Of a stretch of 64,000 nt of DNA, positions 1 to 9,408 are shown piece by piece. The DNA comes from a virus (Duplodnaviria; Caudoviricetes), in IMG/VR virus record IMGVR_UViG_3300028603_000017, positions 1 to 64,000 of that record, one strand, 5' to 3'. Position numbers and translations under genes: made by a program. A model generated the notes under the pieces. That model had not been told where the DNA came from, did no database searches, and saw nothing but the letters and a program-made list of their open reading frames with translations. Each line of letters starts with the position of its first letter. Positions within the stretch are counted from its first letter, which is position 1.

Positions 1-421
1 TAGATGAGCAAGTTCCTGCTCCAGAACCAGAACCAGAGCCTGAGCCGGAACCGGAACCTGAGCCCGAGCCTGAACCTGAGCCCGAGCACCTGAGCCCGAG
101 CCTGAACCTGAGCCCGAGCCGGAACCTGAACCAGAAGTACCTGAAACGTTTGCAATAGAAGACTGGTCATTAGATATGACTGGTGAGAACATAGGTCTGG
201 TAATTACTACGCTACCAGATAATGGTGGTGCAGCCATTACTCAAATCGATGTTGAACTAACTGACGATCTATCCGAAGTTACAGTTGAGAATATTGAAGC
301 TTCTGCGCCTGGTACGTTTGAGCTACCTATACTCTCAGCTGACTACTATCTTGTGCGCATCCGGGCTGTAAACTCAGTCGGTGCCGGTGAGTGGTCGGAT
401 GTCAAGAGTGTGTTAGACTAA
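1..421 (+). CDS. 3' end of a virion protein: (PE)n linker followed by a fibronectin type III domain; apparent frameshift at 87-88
   Basis: Frame starting at nt 3 reads DEQVPA(PE)n to nt 86. Frame starting at nt 89 continues (PE)n-VPETFAIEDWSLD into ORF 176-421 with Fn3 motifs PDNGGAAIT and YLVRIRAVNSVGAGEWS. Confidence 0.65.
21..136 (+). repeat. Hexanucleotide CCNGAR (Pro-Glu) tandem repeat
   Basis: ccagaa/cctgag/cccgag/ccggaa units, interrupted once by 'ca' at 87-88. Confidence 0.95.
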
Positions 422-455
422 TTTCTCGTCATTAGATAGACGTTAAAATCCTGCT

Positions 456-495
456 AATAGATACTCAGTAGGGTAGATCCTACTGAGTATCTATT
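456..495. terminator. Intergenic palindrome H1
   Basis: aatagatactcagtagg-gtagat-cctactgagtatctatt, then tatgtccg. Confidence 0.75.
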
Positions 496-537
496 TATGT
501 CCGATGTTATGAGTTTTGATAATGGAAAGATAAACAA

Positions 538-1167
538 ATGGCTAACACAATTGATGAAGTTGTAATTAGAAAGATACTCAATAGATCCGATACAGCAGTA
601 AATTGGACCAATGCTAATACTGTATTGGATTCTGGTGAGATTGGTATTGAATATCCTAGCAGGAAATTTAAAATAGGTGACGGAATTACTGCTTGGAATG
701 ATTTAACGTACTCTACTGGTGTAATCAGTGAAGACGTTAATAACATTTTGGTAATAGGTGCAGACGGATATCTATACGTAGCTAAACAAATAGATGATAA
801 CAATATCAGCGATAACACAACGTATTCATCTACTAAGATTGAAGAGATGGTTACTGATAAAGCGCAGATAGTAACCATCTCCAGTGCTAGCTCAACTTTG
901 CTCAAAACACAAGCTGGTAAGAATAAATACAACAGATATACCTCAGGTAGTAATACAACCGTGACACTGTCTTCAGCTCAAAACTATGAAGAGGGTCAAG
1001 TATTTAATATAAAAGCAGTTAATGCGCCTATGACTTTAGCGACTTCAGGAGTTTCTTTAAATTTACCTACTGGTAAATTAGCTAAAGTTCCTAAAGGTGG
1101 TGTTGTTACTATTGTTGTAATTGGTATTGCGTTGGTTGATATTTACGGCACTTTAGAGAATGCTTAA
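538..1167 (+). CDS. Tail fibre protein with Mtd/hyaluronidase-type N-terminal domain
   Basis: RSDTAVNWTNANTVLDSGEIGIE...KFKIGDGITAWNDLTY matches the Mtd N-terminal motif. Confidence 0.75.
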   Translation: MANTIDEVVIRKILNRSDTAVNWTNANTVLDSGEIGIEYPSRKFKIGDGITAWNDLTYSTGVISEDVNNILVIGADGYLYVAKQIDDNNISDNTTYSSTKIEEMVTDKAQIVTISSASSTLLKTQAGKNKYNRYTSGSNTTVTLSSAQNYEEGQVFNIKAVNAPMTLATSGVSLNLPTGKLAKVPKGGVVTIVVIGIALVDIYGTLENA

Positions 1168-1170
1168 GAT

Positions 1171-2913
1171 ATGTTATCAGGTGTAATAGCTTCAGCTGAA
1201 GATATTGATCTCAATGCTATTTTCAAAGTATCTGGTAGAGTTGGTTTTCATTATGGTAGATCAATAGATGAAATGCTGTATAAAAACCAAGCATCAGTAG
1301 AAAATAACACACCTCTAACAGCTGTTTCATTTATAGATTCTACAGGTACTATTCCTGCGATGAGTGAGGGCGATCCTGTTGGTTTATTTTTAGATCAAAG
1401 CAAAAGCCTACAAAGATTAACAGAGATGGTGGCTAGTACTAACTTATCTGGCTTTACTGTATTAGGTTCAGCCACTAAAACTACTACCAGCTTCACAACC
1501 GTATCTGCTGATACAGGCGTAGTTTATAGCGGACTCATAGTCGGTAAGTGGTATGAATTGGTATTAAACTATGACAACACTACGACAGATGAGCTAAGTA
1601 TTAATAACTACGATACCAACACATTCGCTATAAAGCAATTAAGAATAGGTAGTGGTAAAACCATATTCAAGTCATTATACAACGGTATTTATCTAAAGCA
1701 TTCGTCAGCTGGCACTACTACAGGTGTGAGTGTATCTATTAAAGAAATACCAGGTTTTCATCTGGTGCAAGAAGATCCTGATAAAAGAGCTACAATATCT
1801 TATCGTTATAACCTTATAGATTCTAGCGAAGACTTTACAGAAGGCTGGGTTAATACAGGTGTTATTATAGAGGATGACTATGAAGCTCCTGATGGATCTA
1901 TGACTGCTTTCAAATTAAAGAATACTTTAAGTGAAGAAAGTAAAATAGAACAAGCTCTACCATTAGATTGTGTTAACGGACAATATGTTAGATCTATATA
2001 TCTAAAAGCAGGATCCACCACATATCCAGCTATTGTTGTGTTCGAAGGTATTGGTGGTAGTTTAGGTAATGAGTATTTTACCTTTAATGTGAAGTCTAAG
2101 GTATTTGCGGCACAGACTAATTTGCTAGATGATTATGGATATACTGAGCTTAATAATGGTTGGGTATATCTTTGGTTTAAAATAACCAAGTCTGATGAAA
2201 AAATAATATCACCTAATATACATATTGGTTTTTATGGACCTACAGCTACTCAAAATGAAGTATTGGTATGGCATCCCGATATGAGATTAAATATCGATTA
2301 TAATGATAACATACCAAAATACCAAGCTACCCATGAAGATGGTACTGTAGATAAAATAGGTTTTCCTGCTTACTTAAAGACAAATGGTAATAGTAGTTAT
2401 CATACCGACATAACGCTAAGTAATGCTACTAAAGCCATGGTAGCTGCTGGTATGTACTCTATGGATGATAATAAATCTATATTTATAGAGTATGGTACAG
2501 ATATTAGCAATGATGAAGGTGTATTTAATATAGAAGCTAGATCTATTATAGATGAGAGCTCTAGAGCTATTACGTTTAAATCAAAGGGTGATGAAATTAA
2601 ATATATCACTCATTACTTCACTCATGATGCGCCTAATAAATCATCTTTTATAGCGTATACGGATTTAGTAGAACCAATATTGGAATTTACTATTGCAAAA
2701 ATAGAAAAACCAGCATTACATTCCACACAAGGATCTGGTGTTTTTATGTCTAGACCTTTATATTTGTTTGGCAGAAGTGGTGAAACTCTTTTAGGCAATT
2801 ATAGAATCTATACCATGCCTATGGTAATATTTATGCCTACAGCAGATAATGGATTAACCAGTTTTGAAAGATCTGTTATCTCTAGCGCTATTCATTCTGA
2901 GTTAAAATATTGA
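1171..2913 (+). CDS. Tail/receptor-binding protein with carbohydrate-binding-like domains
   Basis: 580-aa beta-rich ORF. GDPVGLFLDQS and NLIDSSEDF..W..APDGSMTA motifs are typical of phage fibre/spike proteins. Confidence 0.6.
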   Translation: MLSGVIASAEDIDLNAIFKVSGRVGFHYGRSIDEMLYKNQASVENNTPLTAVSFIDSTGTIPAMSEGDPVGLFLDQSKSLQRLTEMVASTNLSGFTVLGSATKTTTSFTTVSADTGVVYSGLIVGKWYELVLNYDNTTTDELSINNYDTNTFAIKQLRIGSGKTIFKSLYNGIYLKHSSAGTTTGVSVSIKEIPGFHLVQEDPDKRATISYRYNLIDSSEDFTEGWVNTGVIIEDDYEAPDGSMTAFKLKNTLSEESKIEQALPLDCVNGQYVRSIYLKAGSTTYPAIVVFEGIGGSLGNEYFTFNVKSKVFAAQTNLLDDYGYTELNNGWVYLWFKITKSDEKIISPNIHIGFYGPTATQNEVLVWHPDMRLNIDYNDNIPKYQATHEDGTVDKIGFPAYLKTNGNSSYHTDITLSNATKAMVAAGMYSMDDNKSIFIEYGTDISNDEGVFNIEARSIIDESSRAITFKSKGDEIKYITHYFTHDAPNKSSFIAYTDLVEPILEFTIAKIEKPALHSTQGSGVFMSRPLYLFGRSGETLLGNYRIYTMPMVIFMPTADNGLTSFERSVISSAIHSELKY

Positions 2914-2918
2914 CATAC

Positions 2919-2946
2919 GCTCTAGGTAGTGATCACTACCTAGAGC
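2919..2946. terminator. Intergenic palindrome H2
   Basis: Perfect palindrome gctctaggtagtgatcactacctagagc, preceded by acata. Confidence 0.75.
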
Positions 2947-2993
2947 AATGAGTGTGGATTCATTTACTTTATCTTATACATCAATATAGTCAC

Positions 2994-3035
2994 CACTATC
3001 AGACAGGAGACACATGTGTCTCCTGTCTGATAGTG
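2994..3035. terminator. Intergenic palindrome H3
   Basis: Perfect 42-bp palindrome cactatcagacaggagacacatgtgtctcctgtctgatagtg, followed by tatg. Confidence 0.75.
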
Positions 3036-3093
3036 TATGGTCAATTTTATGTCATTATATACACATAAAAATATTTAATAAAGGGTAGCACCA

Positions 3094-3918
3094 ATGAAAT
3101 TGTTAGATATTAATATCAACACATTTCCAAACGCACATGGTGATAGTTTCCATAAAAGATTAAGAAAACAATTTCAAATTATCAATGATAATTTTGCAGA
3201 GCTCAGTGGAGGCGGTACCAACTCAATTGGTTTATGGACTGAAGATACACAGCCTGATGGATACTATTATCCATTATGGTACAAGCCTTCAACGGGTGAA
3301 TTCTTTGTTTACTCTAATGGATCGTTCACGAAGCCTGTCGGTAATATTGGTGAGCCTGGACCACAAGGCACAAGTATTGTTTCTATTGAAAAGACGGGTA
3401 CAGTTGGATTAGTTGATACCTACACTATAAGCTTATCAAATGGTTTAACTACTTTTTTTACTGTAAGAAATGGTTCAGCCGGCACTAATGGTGTAGGCAT
3501 TACTAATATTGACAAACTCAGTGGAAATGGTAATCCTGGTACTACTGATACATATCGGATATATCTGAGCGATAGCTCTTCTTATGATTTCACAGTCTAT
3601 AATGGTGCTAACGGCACCAATGGTACTGATGGTACTAATGGTACTGATGGTGCTGACGGTGCTGATGGTGTTAGTATTACTAGTATACAAAAAACAGCTG
3701 GCAATAGTGCTCCCGGTACTACTGATACATATACCATAACTTTGAGTAATGGTCAAACCAGCACCTTTACTGTATATAACGGTAAAGATGGTACTAATGC
3801 TTTAGATGATTTTCCACGCAACATAACTAATGCGCTTAACGGCGATATTCTCACATTCAATTCAGGGGCATGGATAAACCAGCCTCGTACTGTCATAACT
3901 GATGGAGGTAATTTCTAA
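3094..3918 (+). CDS. Tail fibre protein with collagen-like G-x-y stretches
   Basis: N-terminal ININ..PNAHGD..LRKQF.IINDNFAEL. GEPGPQG and GTNGTDGADG triplets. Three TDTYTI..F.V.NG repeats. Ends DGGNF. Confidence 0.75.
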   Translation: MKLLDININTFPNAHGDSFHKRLRKQFQIINDNFAELSGGGTNSIGLWTEDTQPDGYYYPLWYKPSTGEFFVYSNGSFTKPVGNIGEPGPQGTSIVSIEKTGTVGLVDTYTISLSNGLTTFFTVRNGSAGTNGVGITNIDKLSGNGNPGTTDTYRIYLSDSSSYDFTVYNGANGTNGTDGTNGTDGADGADGVSITSIQKTAGNSAPGTTDTYTITLSNGQTSTFTVYNGKDGTNALDDFPRNITNALNGDILTFNSGAWINQPRTVITDGGNF

Positions 3919-5250
3919 ATGTCTAATACAGTTCGCATTAAAAGACGTGCACCAGGCGGTGCATCAGGTGCACCATCGTCATTAGAAAATGCTGAATTAG
4001 CATTTAATGAACAGGATGATGTACTGTATTATGGTAAAGGCACTGGCGGTGCTGGCGGTACAGCTACTCAGATAATACCTATTGGTGGACCTGGCGCATT
4101 TGTTAATTTAACAGGTAATCAAACTGTTAATGGCACAAAAACCTTTACGAGCATCAAGGTACCTGCTCCTACGGCTGACACCGATCCAGCGACTAAAAAG
4201 TATGTTGATGATTCTGTTGGCTCAGTTAGTATTCCAGACGGTAACAAAGGCGATATTACTGTAGCCAGTTCTGGCATTAGTTGGACCATTAATAACGGTG
4301 CTGTCACTAATGCTAAGATGGCCAATATGCCCGCTAATACACTCAAGGGTAATAATACTGGTTCAGCAGCAGCACCTGTTGACTTAACCGCCTCTCAAGT
4401 TAAAAACATATTAGGTTATACCAAAACTGATATTGGTTTAGGTAATGTAGATAATACTTCAGATGCTAATAAGCCAATATCTACAGCTACTCAAACAGCG
4501 CTAAACCTTAAAGCCGACATCAATAATGCTGCTCTAACAGGCACGCCTACGGCGCCCACAGCACCACCCGGCACTAATACCACACAACTGGCTACTACCG
4601 CATTTACCATAGCAGAAATTGCATCTAGAATAGCTGCTGCTGATGCTATGATTTATAAGGGTGCTATTGATGCCAGTACTAATCCTAATTACCCAGCAGC
4701 CAACGCAGGCGATACTTATCGTATTAGTGTAGCAGGTAAGATAGGCGGGCCTTCAGGACCATCTGTTGAAGTTGGTGATATGGTGATTTGCCATACTGAT
4801 GGTACGGCGGGTGGAAATCACGCTACTGTTGGTAATAAATGGGATATTATCCAAACCAATATTGATGGCGCTTTAACTGAATCTGATATTGGCACTACTG
4901 TGCAAGGCTTTGACCAAACTTTGGCTGGTATTGCTGCGACAGCACCAACAGCTAACCAAGGTTTTTATGCTACTGGAACAGACGTATTTGCTACGTATTC
5001 ATTAACCGCTGGTGGTAGAGCACTAAGTGGTGTAGCTGGTACTGCTAATACCTTCCCGTATTTCAGCGCTGCTAACGTAGTGAGCTTAGCGCCTATTAGC
5101 GCTTTTGGTCGATCACTAATGAATAGTGCTAATGCCTCAGCCGTAAGAGATGACTTAGGTCTGGGTACTATGGCTATGCAAAATGCTAACGCTGTTAATA
5201 TTACTGGTGGTACTATTGATAACATCGTAATCGATTGCGGTACTTTCTAA
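3919..5250 (+). CDS. Tail fibre protein
   Basis: RIKRR N-terminus. [23 protein letters not shown] and [23 protein letters not shown] fibre repeats. Confidence 0.85.
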   Translation: MSNTVRIKRRAPGGASGAPSSLENAELAFNEQDDVLYYGKGTGGAGGTATQIIPIGGPGAFVNLTGNQTVNGTKTFTSIKVPAPTADTDPATKKYVDDSVGSVSIPDGNKGDITVASSGISWTINNGAVTNAKMANMPANTLKGNNTGSAAAPVDLTASQVKNILGYTKTDIGLGNVDNTSDANKPISTATQTALNLKADINNAALTGTPTAPTAPPGTNTTQLATTAFTIAEIASRIAAADAMIYKGAIDASTNPNYPAANAGDTYRISVAGKIGGPSGPSVEVGDMVICHTDGTAGGNHATVGNKWDIIQTNIDGALTESDIGTTVQGFDQTLAGIAATAPTANQGFYATGTDVFATYSLTAGGRALSGVAGTANTFPYFSAANVVSLAPISAFGRSLMNSANASAVRDDLGLGTMAMQNANAVNITGGTIDNIVIDCGTF

Positions 5251-5263
5251 CCATTAATTCATT

Positions 5264-6541
5264 ATGTCATGGAAGCTAAGATTAAAGCGTGGAACACTAG
5301 CTGACGTAAGTACTGCTGCAGCAAATTCATCACTCGATCAGTGGTCGCCTATTATTATCAGTAATGAAAATAGGTTAGTTGTTGCTAAATCGCCTAGTGA
5401 ATATTTTGATGTAGGTACTGTTAGATCAGTTGGTATTAGCGTGCCTCCTGGTTTTAGTGTTAATAACACACCTATTACGACTAGTGGTACTATTTCAATT
5501 AATTATTCTGCTGGATATCAAGGCTATACAACAGATGAGGCTTCTAAGTTAAGTACTATAGCACCATATGCTCAAGCTAACGTACCTACTAACTTAGCTG
5601 AAGGAACAAGAACGTCTACTAGTGTTTCTATTACTAGCTCTACTGGCAGTAGTGCTAGTTTGTCTGCAGCTACTACTAGCTTAGCTGGTGTGATGAGTGC
5701 TGCTGATAAGACTAAGTTAGATGGAATATCTGGTGGTGGGGGAATACCTGAAGGTGGTGATGAAGGTCAGCTATTGGTTAAGTCATCAGAAGACGATTAC
5801 GACACTGAATGGAAGTCACCTAATCCAGTAGCTGTAAAGGTTTATAAAGCTGATAATAAAGCTTTGAATGTGGTAACCACAGAAGATGGTCATTATGTTA
5901 AAGTCACTAAAGCTGATGGCGTTACTGAGCTTACAGTTAGTGTTACAAATAACGGTGTTTCTCCACCAATAACTACACAAGGTCCTATTCCAAGATACCT
6001 AGCAGAAGATCCTTTACCGGTATCCAATATTGGTCCTATTTGGCATGATGGGTACGCGTCTATGATGACGTGGCGGACAATAGGCTCATATACTGGATAC
6101 GCTTCATTAGAAGTAGGTAAAATAGCTCATTTTGATATTAGTTCAGTTCCTCCAGGATATGTAGCATCTAATGCTGATATATCTGGTAGCGCTTTTGAAG
6201 CATTAAGAGCAGCTATAGGTCAATCAACTACCAGAGATGCCAGAGGTGTCGTTATCAGAGGTTTAGATAATGGTAGGGGATTGGATCCTGGCCGAACACA
6301 CGGTACTTACCAAGCTGACGGTATTAGAGAATCTAATCTATGGGTAAGAGCTCTAACCGGAAATAATTCCATTATTAATCCGGCCCCGGATGGAGAATTC
6401 ACTCGTCAAACATATACTGGGACTACTTCACAGGGTTCAAGTCTAGTATCAAATACACCTCTACCCACTAAAGTGACGTTAGGATCTGCAACTGAGACTA
6501 GGATGAAAAACTTAGCGTTACTTAGTTTCTGGAAGTTTTAG
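5264..6541 (+). CDS. Tail fibre protein with C-terminal tail-collar domain
   Basis: VGKIAHF..SVPPGY, DARGVVIRGLDNGRGLDPGR..GTYQAD and ETRMKNLALL collar signature. Confidence 0.85.
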   Translation: MSWKLRLKRGTLADVSTAAANSSLDQWSPIIISNENRLVVAKSPSEYFDVGTVRSVGISVPPGFSVNNTPITTSGTISINYSAGYQGYTTDEASKLSTIAPYAQANVPTNLAEGTRTSTSVSITSSTGSSASLSAATTSLAGVMSAADKTKLDGISGGGGIPEGGDEGQLLVKSSEDDYDTEWKSPNPVAVKVYKADNKALNVVTTEDGHYVKVTKADGVTELTVSVTNNGVSPPITTQGPIPRYLAEDPLPVSNIGPIWHDGYASMMTWRTIGSYTGYASLEVGKIAHFDISSVPPGYVASNADISGSAFEALRAAIGQSTTRDARGVVIRGLDNGRGLDPGRTHGTYQADGIRESNLWVRALTGNNSIINPAPDGEFTRQTYTGTTSQGSSLVSNTPLPTKVTLGSATETRMKNLALLSFWKF

Positions 6542-6589
6542 AATTTACAAAATGCTATTAATGCGAATTACCTAGAGTCGCTTTCCGAT

Positions 6590-7234
6590 ATGAATAAATT
6601 ATTTCCAATTATTGATGAAAATAATTACTATATAGGTACTGATATTGGTTACGACACTTCTATTCAACCAGGTGTTATATTAGCACCATTAGGTTCAATA
6701 GATGCTGAAATACCGGAAGTTCCTGAAGGCTATAAAGCTAAGTGGGTAGATAACGATTGGGTGTTTGAGCAAGTTCCTGCTCCACAACCAGAACCAGAAC
6801 CTCCACTTAGTGATTTAAAAGACAATCTATGGAACTTAGTTAAAACCATTAGATCTCATTATGAATATGGTGGTGTATTAGTTTCTGAACACTGGTTTCA
6901 TACTGACACCGAATCCAGAATAAAACACACCAATATGGATATGGACGCTAAAGCAGCTATTGGTTCTGGAGCACTACCAACAGATAACTTTAAGATAGCT
7001 GGATATGATATTCCATGGACTACTATGGCAAATACATCCGTTATCTTAACTAATGAGCTAGTAATGAGCGTAGCTACAGCTATTAAAATATTGGATTTAC
7101 AAATATATCCACATTCGCAATCTCTTAGAACACAAATTAATAATGCTGAGTCTAAAGAGGATTTAGAGCAAATCAATATATGGACTGGATGGCCTAATAC
7201 ATTTAATCCTCCTGAGCAAATACCTTATTGGTAG
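6590..7234 (+). CDS. Tail fibre assembly protein (DUF4376-like C-terminus)
   Basis: Follows the collar gene. PEVPEGYKAKW..W, GGVLV...FHTD.ESR and WTTMAN motifs. Confidence 0.7.
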   Translation: MNKLFPIIDENNYYIGTDIGYDTSIQPGVILAPLGSIDAEIPEVPEGYKAKWVDNDWVFEQVPAPQPEPEPPLSDLKDNLWNLVKTIRSHYEYGGVLVSEHWFHTDTESRIKHTNMDMDAKAAIGSGALPTDNFKIAGYDIPWTTMANTSVILTNELVMSVATAIKILDLQIYPHSQSLRTQINNAESKEDLEQINIWTGWPNTFNPPEQIPYW

Positions 7235-7245
7235 TACTACAACGT

Positions 7246-7285
7246 CATAGCTCCTAGGTAGGATAATCCTACCTAGGAGCGTATG
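7246..7285. terminator. Intergenic palindrome H4 between convergent genes
   Basis: cata-gctcctaggtaggat-a-atcctacctaggagc-g-tatg. Confidence 0.8.
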
Positions 7286-7288
7286 TTG

Positions 7289-7393
7289 TTATATTCCTCT
7301 GCTAGCACCATTAGTGATTCTTAATTTACCCATACGACCAATAAAATCGTAATTAGTATTTCTTTGTGTAATTTGTGCGCCAATACCAATTAG
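7289..7393 (-). pseudogene. Orphan C-terminus of a LamG-domain gene
   Basis: Reads LIGIGAQITQRNTNYDFIGRMGKLRITNGASRGI*, 17/31 identical to LGIGARHTNRNSAYDFVGSIGRLVITKGVGR in the 3227-aa protein. No start codon for the homologous part. Confidence 0.7.
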
Positions 7394-7406
7394 TAAAAAA
7401 AAAAAG

Positions 7407-8162
7407 TCATAAAATCTTAAATTTCTTTATTTGACTATCAGGGATTACTTCTGTTCTTAAACCAATGTACGCTATATCTCCAGTAAAGTATCGAATATTT
7501 GCCCATCTACCGAGATAGTTACCAGAATTACTTCCATAGATAGTTGTGTTCAAAGTAAAAGAAGTTTGACTTAATAAAGTATGTTCATCCTCACCTTGGG
7601 CTTGAACATATACTTTTTGCATAGGTGCAGTGCCGTCATGAGTTACTACGATGCTAAGCCATGAATTAATATACGATACAGGTATATTAATATCTGTTAC
7701 GTTGCGACTATAATCTATGCGTAATCTAGGGTTTGTTGTGTTATTAGCAAAACCTAAACCAAAAGCATAATATGCGCCAGATGAGCCTGTGTCCCCTCCT
7801 CCCATATAACAAATAGTAGAGCTAGATACAAAAGAACTCTCAATAGGCCTTACAATAGCTATTAGTGTTCTACTGTTATTATTTAATACAATACCTGTTG
7901 ACGGAACAGTTAGATTATTGCCAGTTCCTCTTCTTATGCTAAATCCACCTTGCTTATTAGGATCATTTTCAGAGAAATCATAACCGCTCCCACCACCAAT
8001 CAGATGTCTATCTAAGCCAGATGAATCATTGTAATTTTGATCAAATTCATAAGAGAATACAGCAGCTCCAGTAGATATTTTTAGAAATTCTTCTGACCAC
8101 TTCAATTGCTTTAGTTCACCGCCCCCGCCAGCTCTTCTTAATATTTTAGATAGTTGACTCAT
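7407..8162 (-). CDS. LamG/concanavalin A-like domain protein (KxLRR N-terminal family)
   Basis: MSQLSKILRRAGGG start. YEFDQNYNDSSG, WLSIVVTHDG and YFTGDI LamG features. Confidence 0.75.
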   Translation of the reverse strand: MSQLSKILRRAGGGGELKQLKWSEEFLKISTGAAVFSYEFDQNYNDSSGLDRHLIGGGSGYDFSENDPNKQGGFSIRRGTGNNLTVPSTGIVLNNNSRTLIAIVRPIESSFVSSSTICYMGGGDTGSSGAYYAFGLGFANNTTNPRLRIDYSRNVTDINIPVSYINSWLSIVVTHDGTAPMQKVYVQAQGEDEHTLLSQTSFTLNTTIYGSNSGNYLGRWANIRYFTGDIAYIGLRTEVIPDSQIKKFKIL

Positions 8163-8233
8163 ATGGAATACATCTATAGTAGATTACAATCATAAAATTC
8201 TATGTTTAAATACACTATATAAAAGGATGCAGA

Positions 8234-8647
8234 GTGGAAACAATCAATATAGGTACTGGACCTGATAGTGGTGATGGTGAAACTACCAGATCAGCTATGC
8301 AAAAGATCAATGCTAATTTTACAGAATTAGATGAAACAAAAGCTGATAAAGCTGAAACTATTTTTACTATTACAGGTACTGATCCTGAAATAGTTGCTGA
8401 TAATGGTGATATTCAAATATGGGAATTAACTGCTAACCAGTCACCTACAATTAATCTAGGTAGCGGTAGATCTATTACGCTGCATGTTACAAAAGGAGCT
8501 TTTGTTATTACATGGCCTGAGATCGTTTGGGTAGGTGGTGAAGAGCCTGAGCTATCTGATGAAGACGTAAGTATCTTAACGTTATGGGAAGTCAACGGAC
8601 ACACCTTTGGCGTGATGGTGGGATCTGTTACTTTACCTACTCCATGA
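8234..8647 (+). CDS. Small tail adaptor protein
   Basis: INIGTGPDSGDGETTRSAMQKINANFTEL N-terminus (shared with ORF 3094). ITWP.IVWVGG.EP.LS C-terminal module. AAGGA upstream of GTG. Confidence 0.65.
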   Translation: METINIGTGPDSGDGETTRSAMQKINANFTELDETKADKAETIFTITGTDPEIVADNGDIQIWELTANQSPTINLGSGRSITLHVTKGAFVITWPEIVWVGGEEPELSDEDVSILTLWEVNGHTFGVMVGSVTLPTP

Positions 8648-8656
8648 GTATAAATA

Positions 8657-9331
8657 ATGGGGCATCTAGCCAAATTACTCAGACGAGGGGGGCTGGGAGA
8701 GGGTACTAGTCCTGGTGATCCATTTTATAATGACACTGTAATCATTTTAAATGCTAATGAAACAAATGGTGCTACTAGCTTTATAAATGAAGCACCGATC
8801 GTAATGGAACCTAGTATAAATAGAAATCTCTATGTTCAGAATAATCGCATCATACATTCAGTAGGTAATAATGGTAGATTATTATATAATAGCTCGCCCC
8901 ATTTTGCTTTAAATCAAGATTTAACAATTGAGTGCTATATTACTTTTCAAAGTTCTTATAGTGGATTTCTTTTATCACATTCGGGAATACTATACTTTAC
9001 TGTCTCTTCAATAAACATTGAGCAGTTTTATATAAGTAGTAATTACTGGAATATTTATTCCACGATCTTAAATGTTGGTACTAGATACCATTTAGCTATT
9101 GTTAGAACCATAATTGACAATAAAAATAGAATGTTTATAGATGGCGTTCAGGTGAGAGAAGGTACGTCTGTTTTAAATTATGTTAATATTCCATATGGAA
9201 TATTTGGTGTAGGTGGTAGAGACGATTTAAATGCTCCATATATGCAAATAGAGGCATTTAGATATACTAAAGCAGCTAGATATATTGAAGACTTTACTCC
9301 TCCTACTTTACCTTTCCCAAATCACTCTTAA
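8657..9331 (+). CDS. LamG/concanavalin A-like domain protein (KxLRR family)
   Basis: MGHLAKLLRRGG, DPFYNDT, DLTIECY, YHLAIVR, FRYTKAARY..DFTPP..PFP. Confidence 0.85.
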   Translation: MGHLAKLLRRGGLGEGTSPGDPFYNDTVIILNANETNGATSFINEAPIVMEPSINRNLYVQNNRIIHSVGNNGRLLYNSSPHFALNQDLTIECYITFQSSYSGFLLSHSGILYFTVSSINIEQFYISSNYWNIYSTILNVGTRYHLAIVRTIIDNKNRMFIDGVQVREGTSVLNYVNIPYGIFGVGGRDDLNAPYMQIEAFRYTKAARYIEDFTPPTLPFPNHS

Positions 9332-9333
9332 TG

Positions 9334-9381
9334 ACATAAATGCTCATATCGATCTGAAATCGATATGAGCATTTATTATGT
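9334..9381. terminator. Intergenic palindrome H5
   Basis: ac-ataaatgctcatatcgat-ctgaa-atcgatatgagcatttat-tatgtcg. Confidence 0.75.
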
Positions 9382-9408
9382 CGCTATTAATTTCAGGATA
9401 CAAACATT

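Noticed and set aside
7234-9331. Invertible tail-fibre shufflon around the divergent LamG genes
   Set aside because: No recombinase gene and no matching inverted crossover sites inside the genes were seen.
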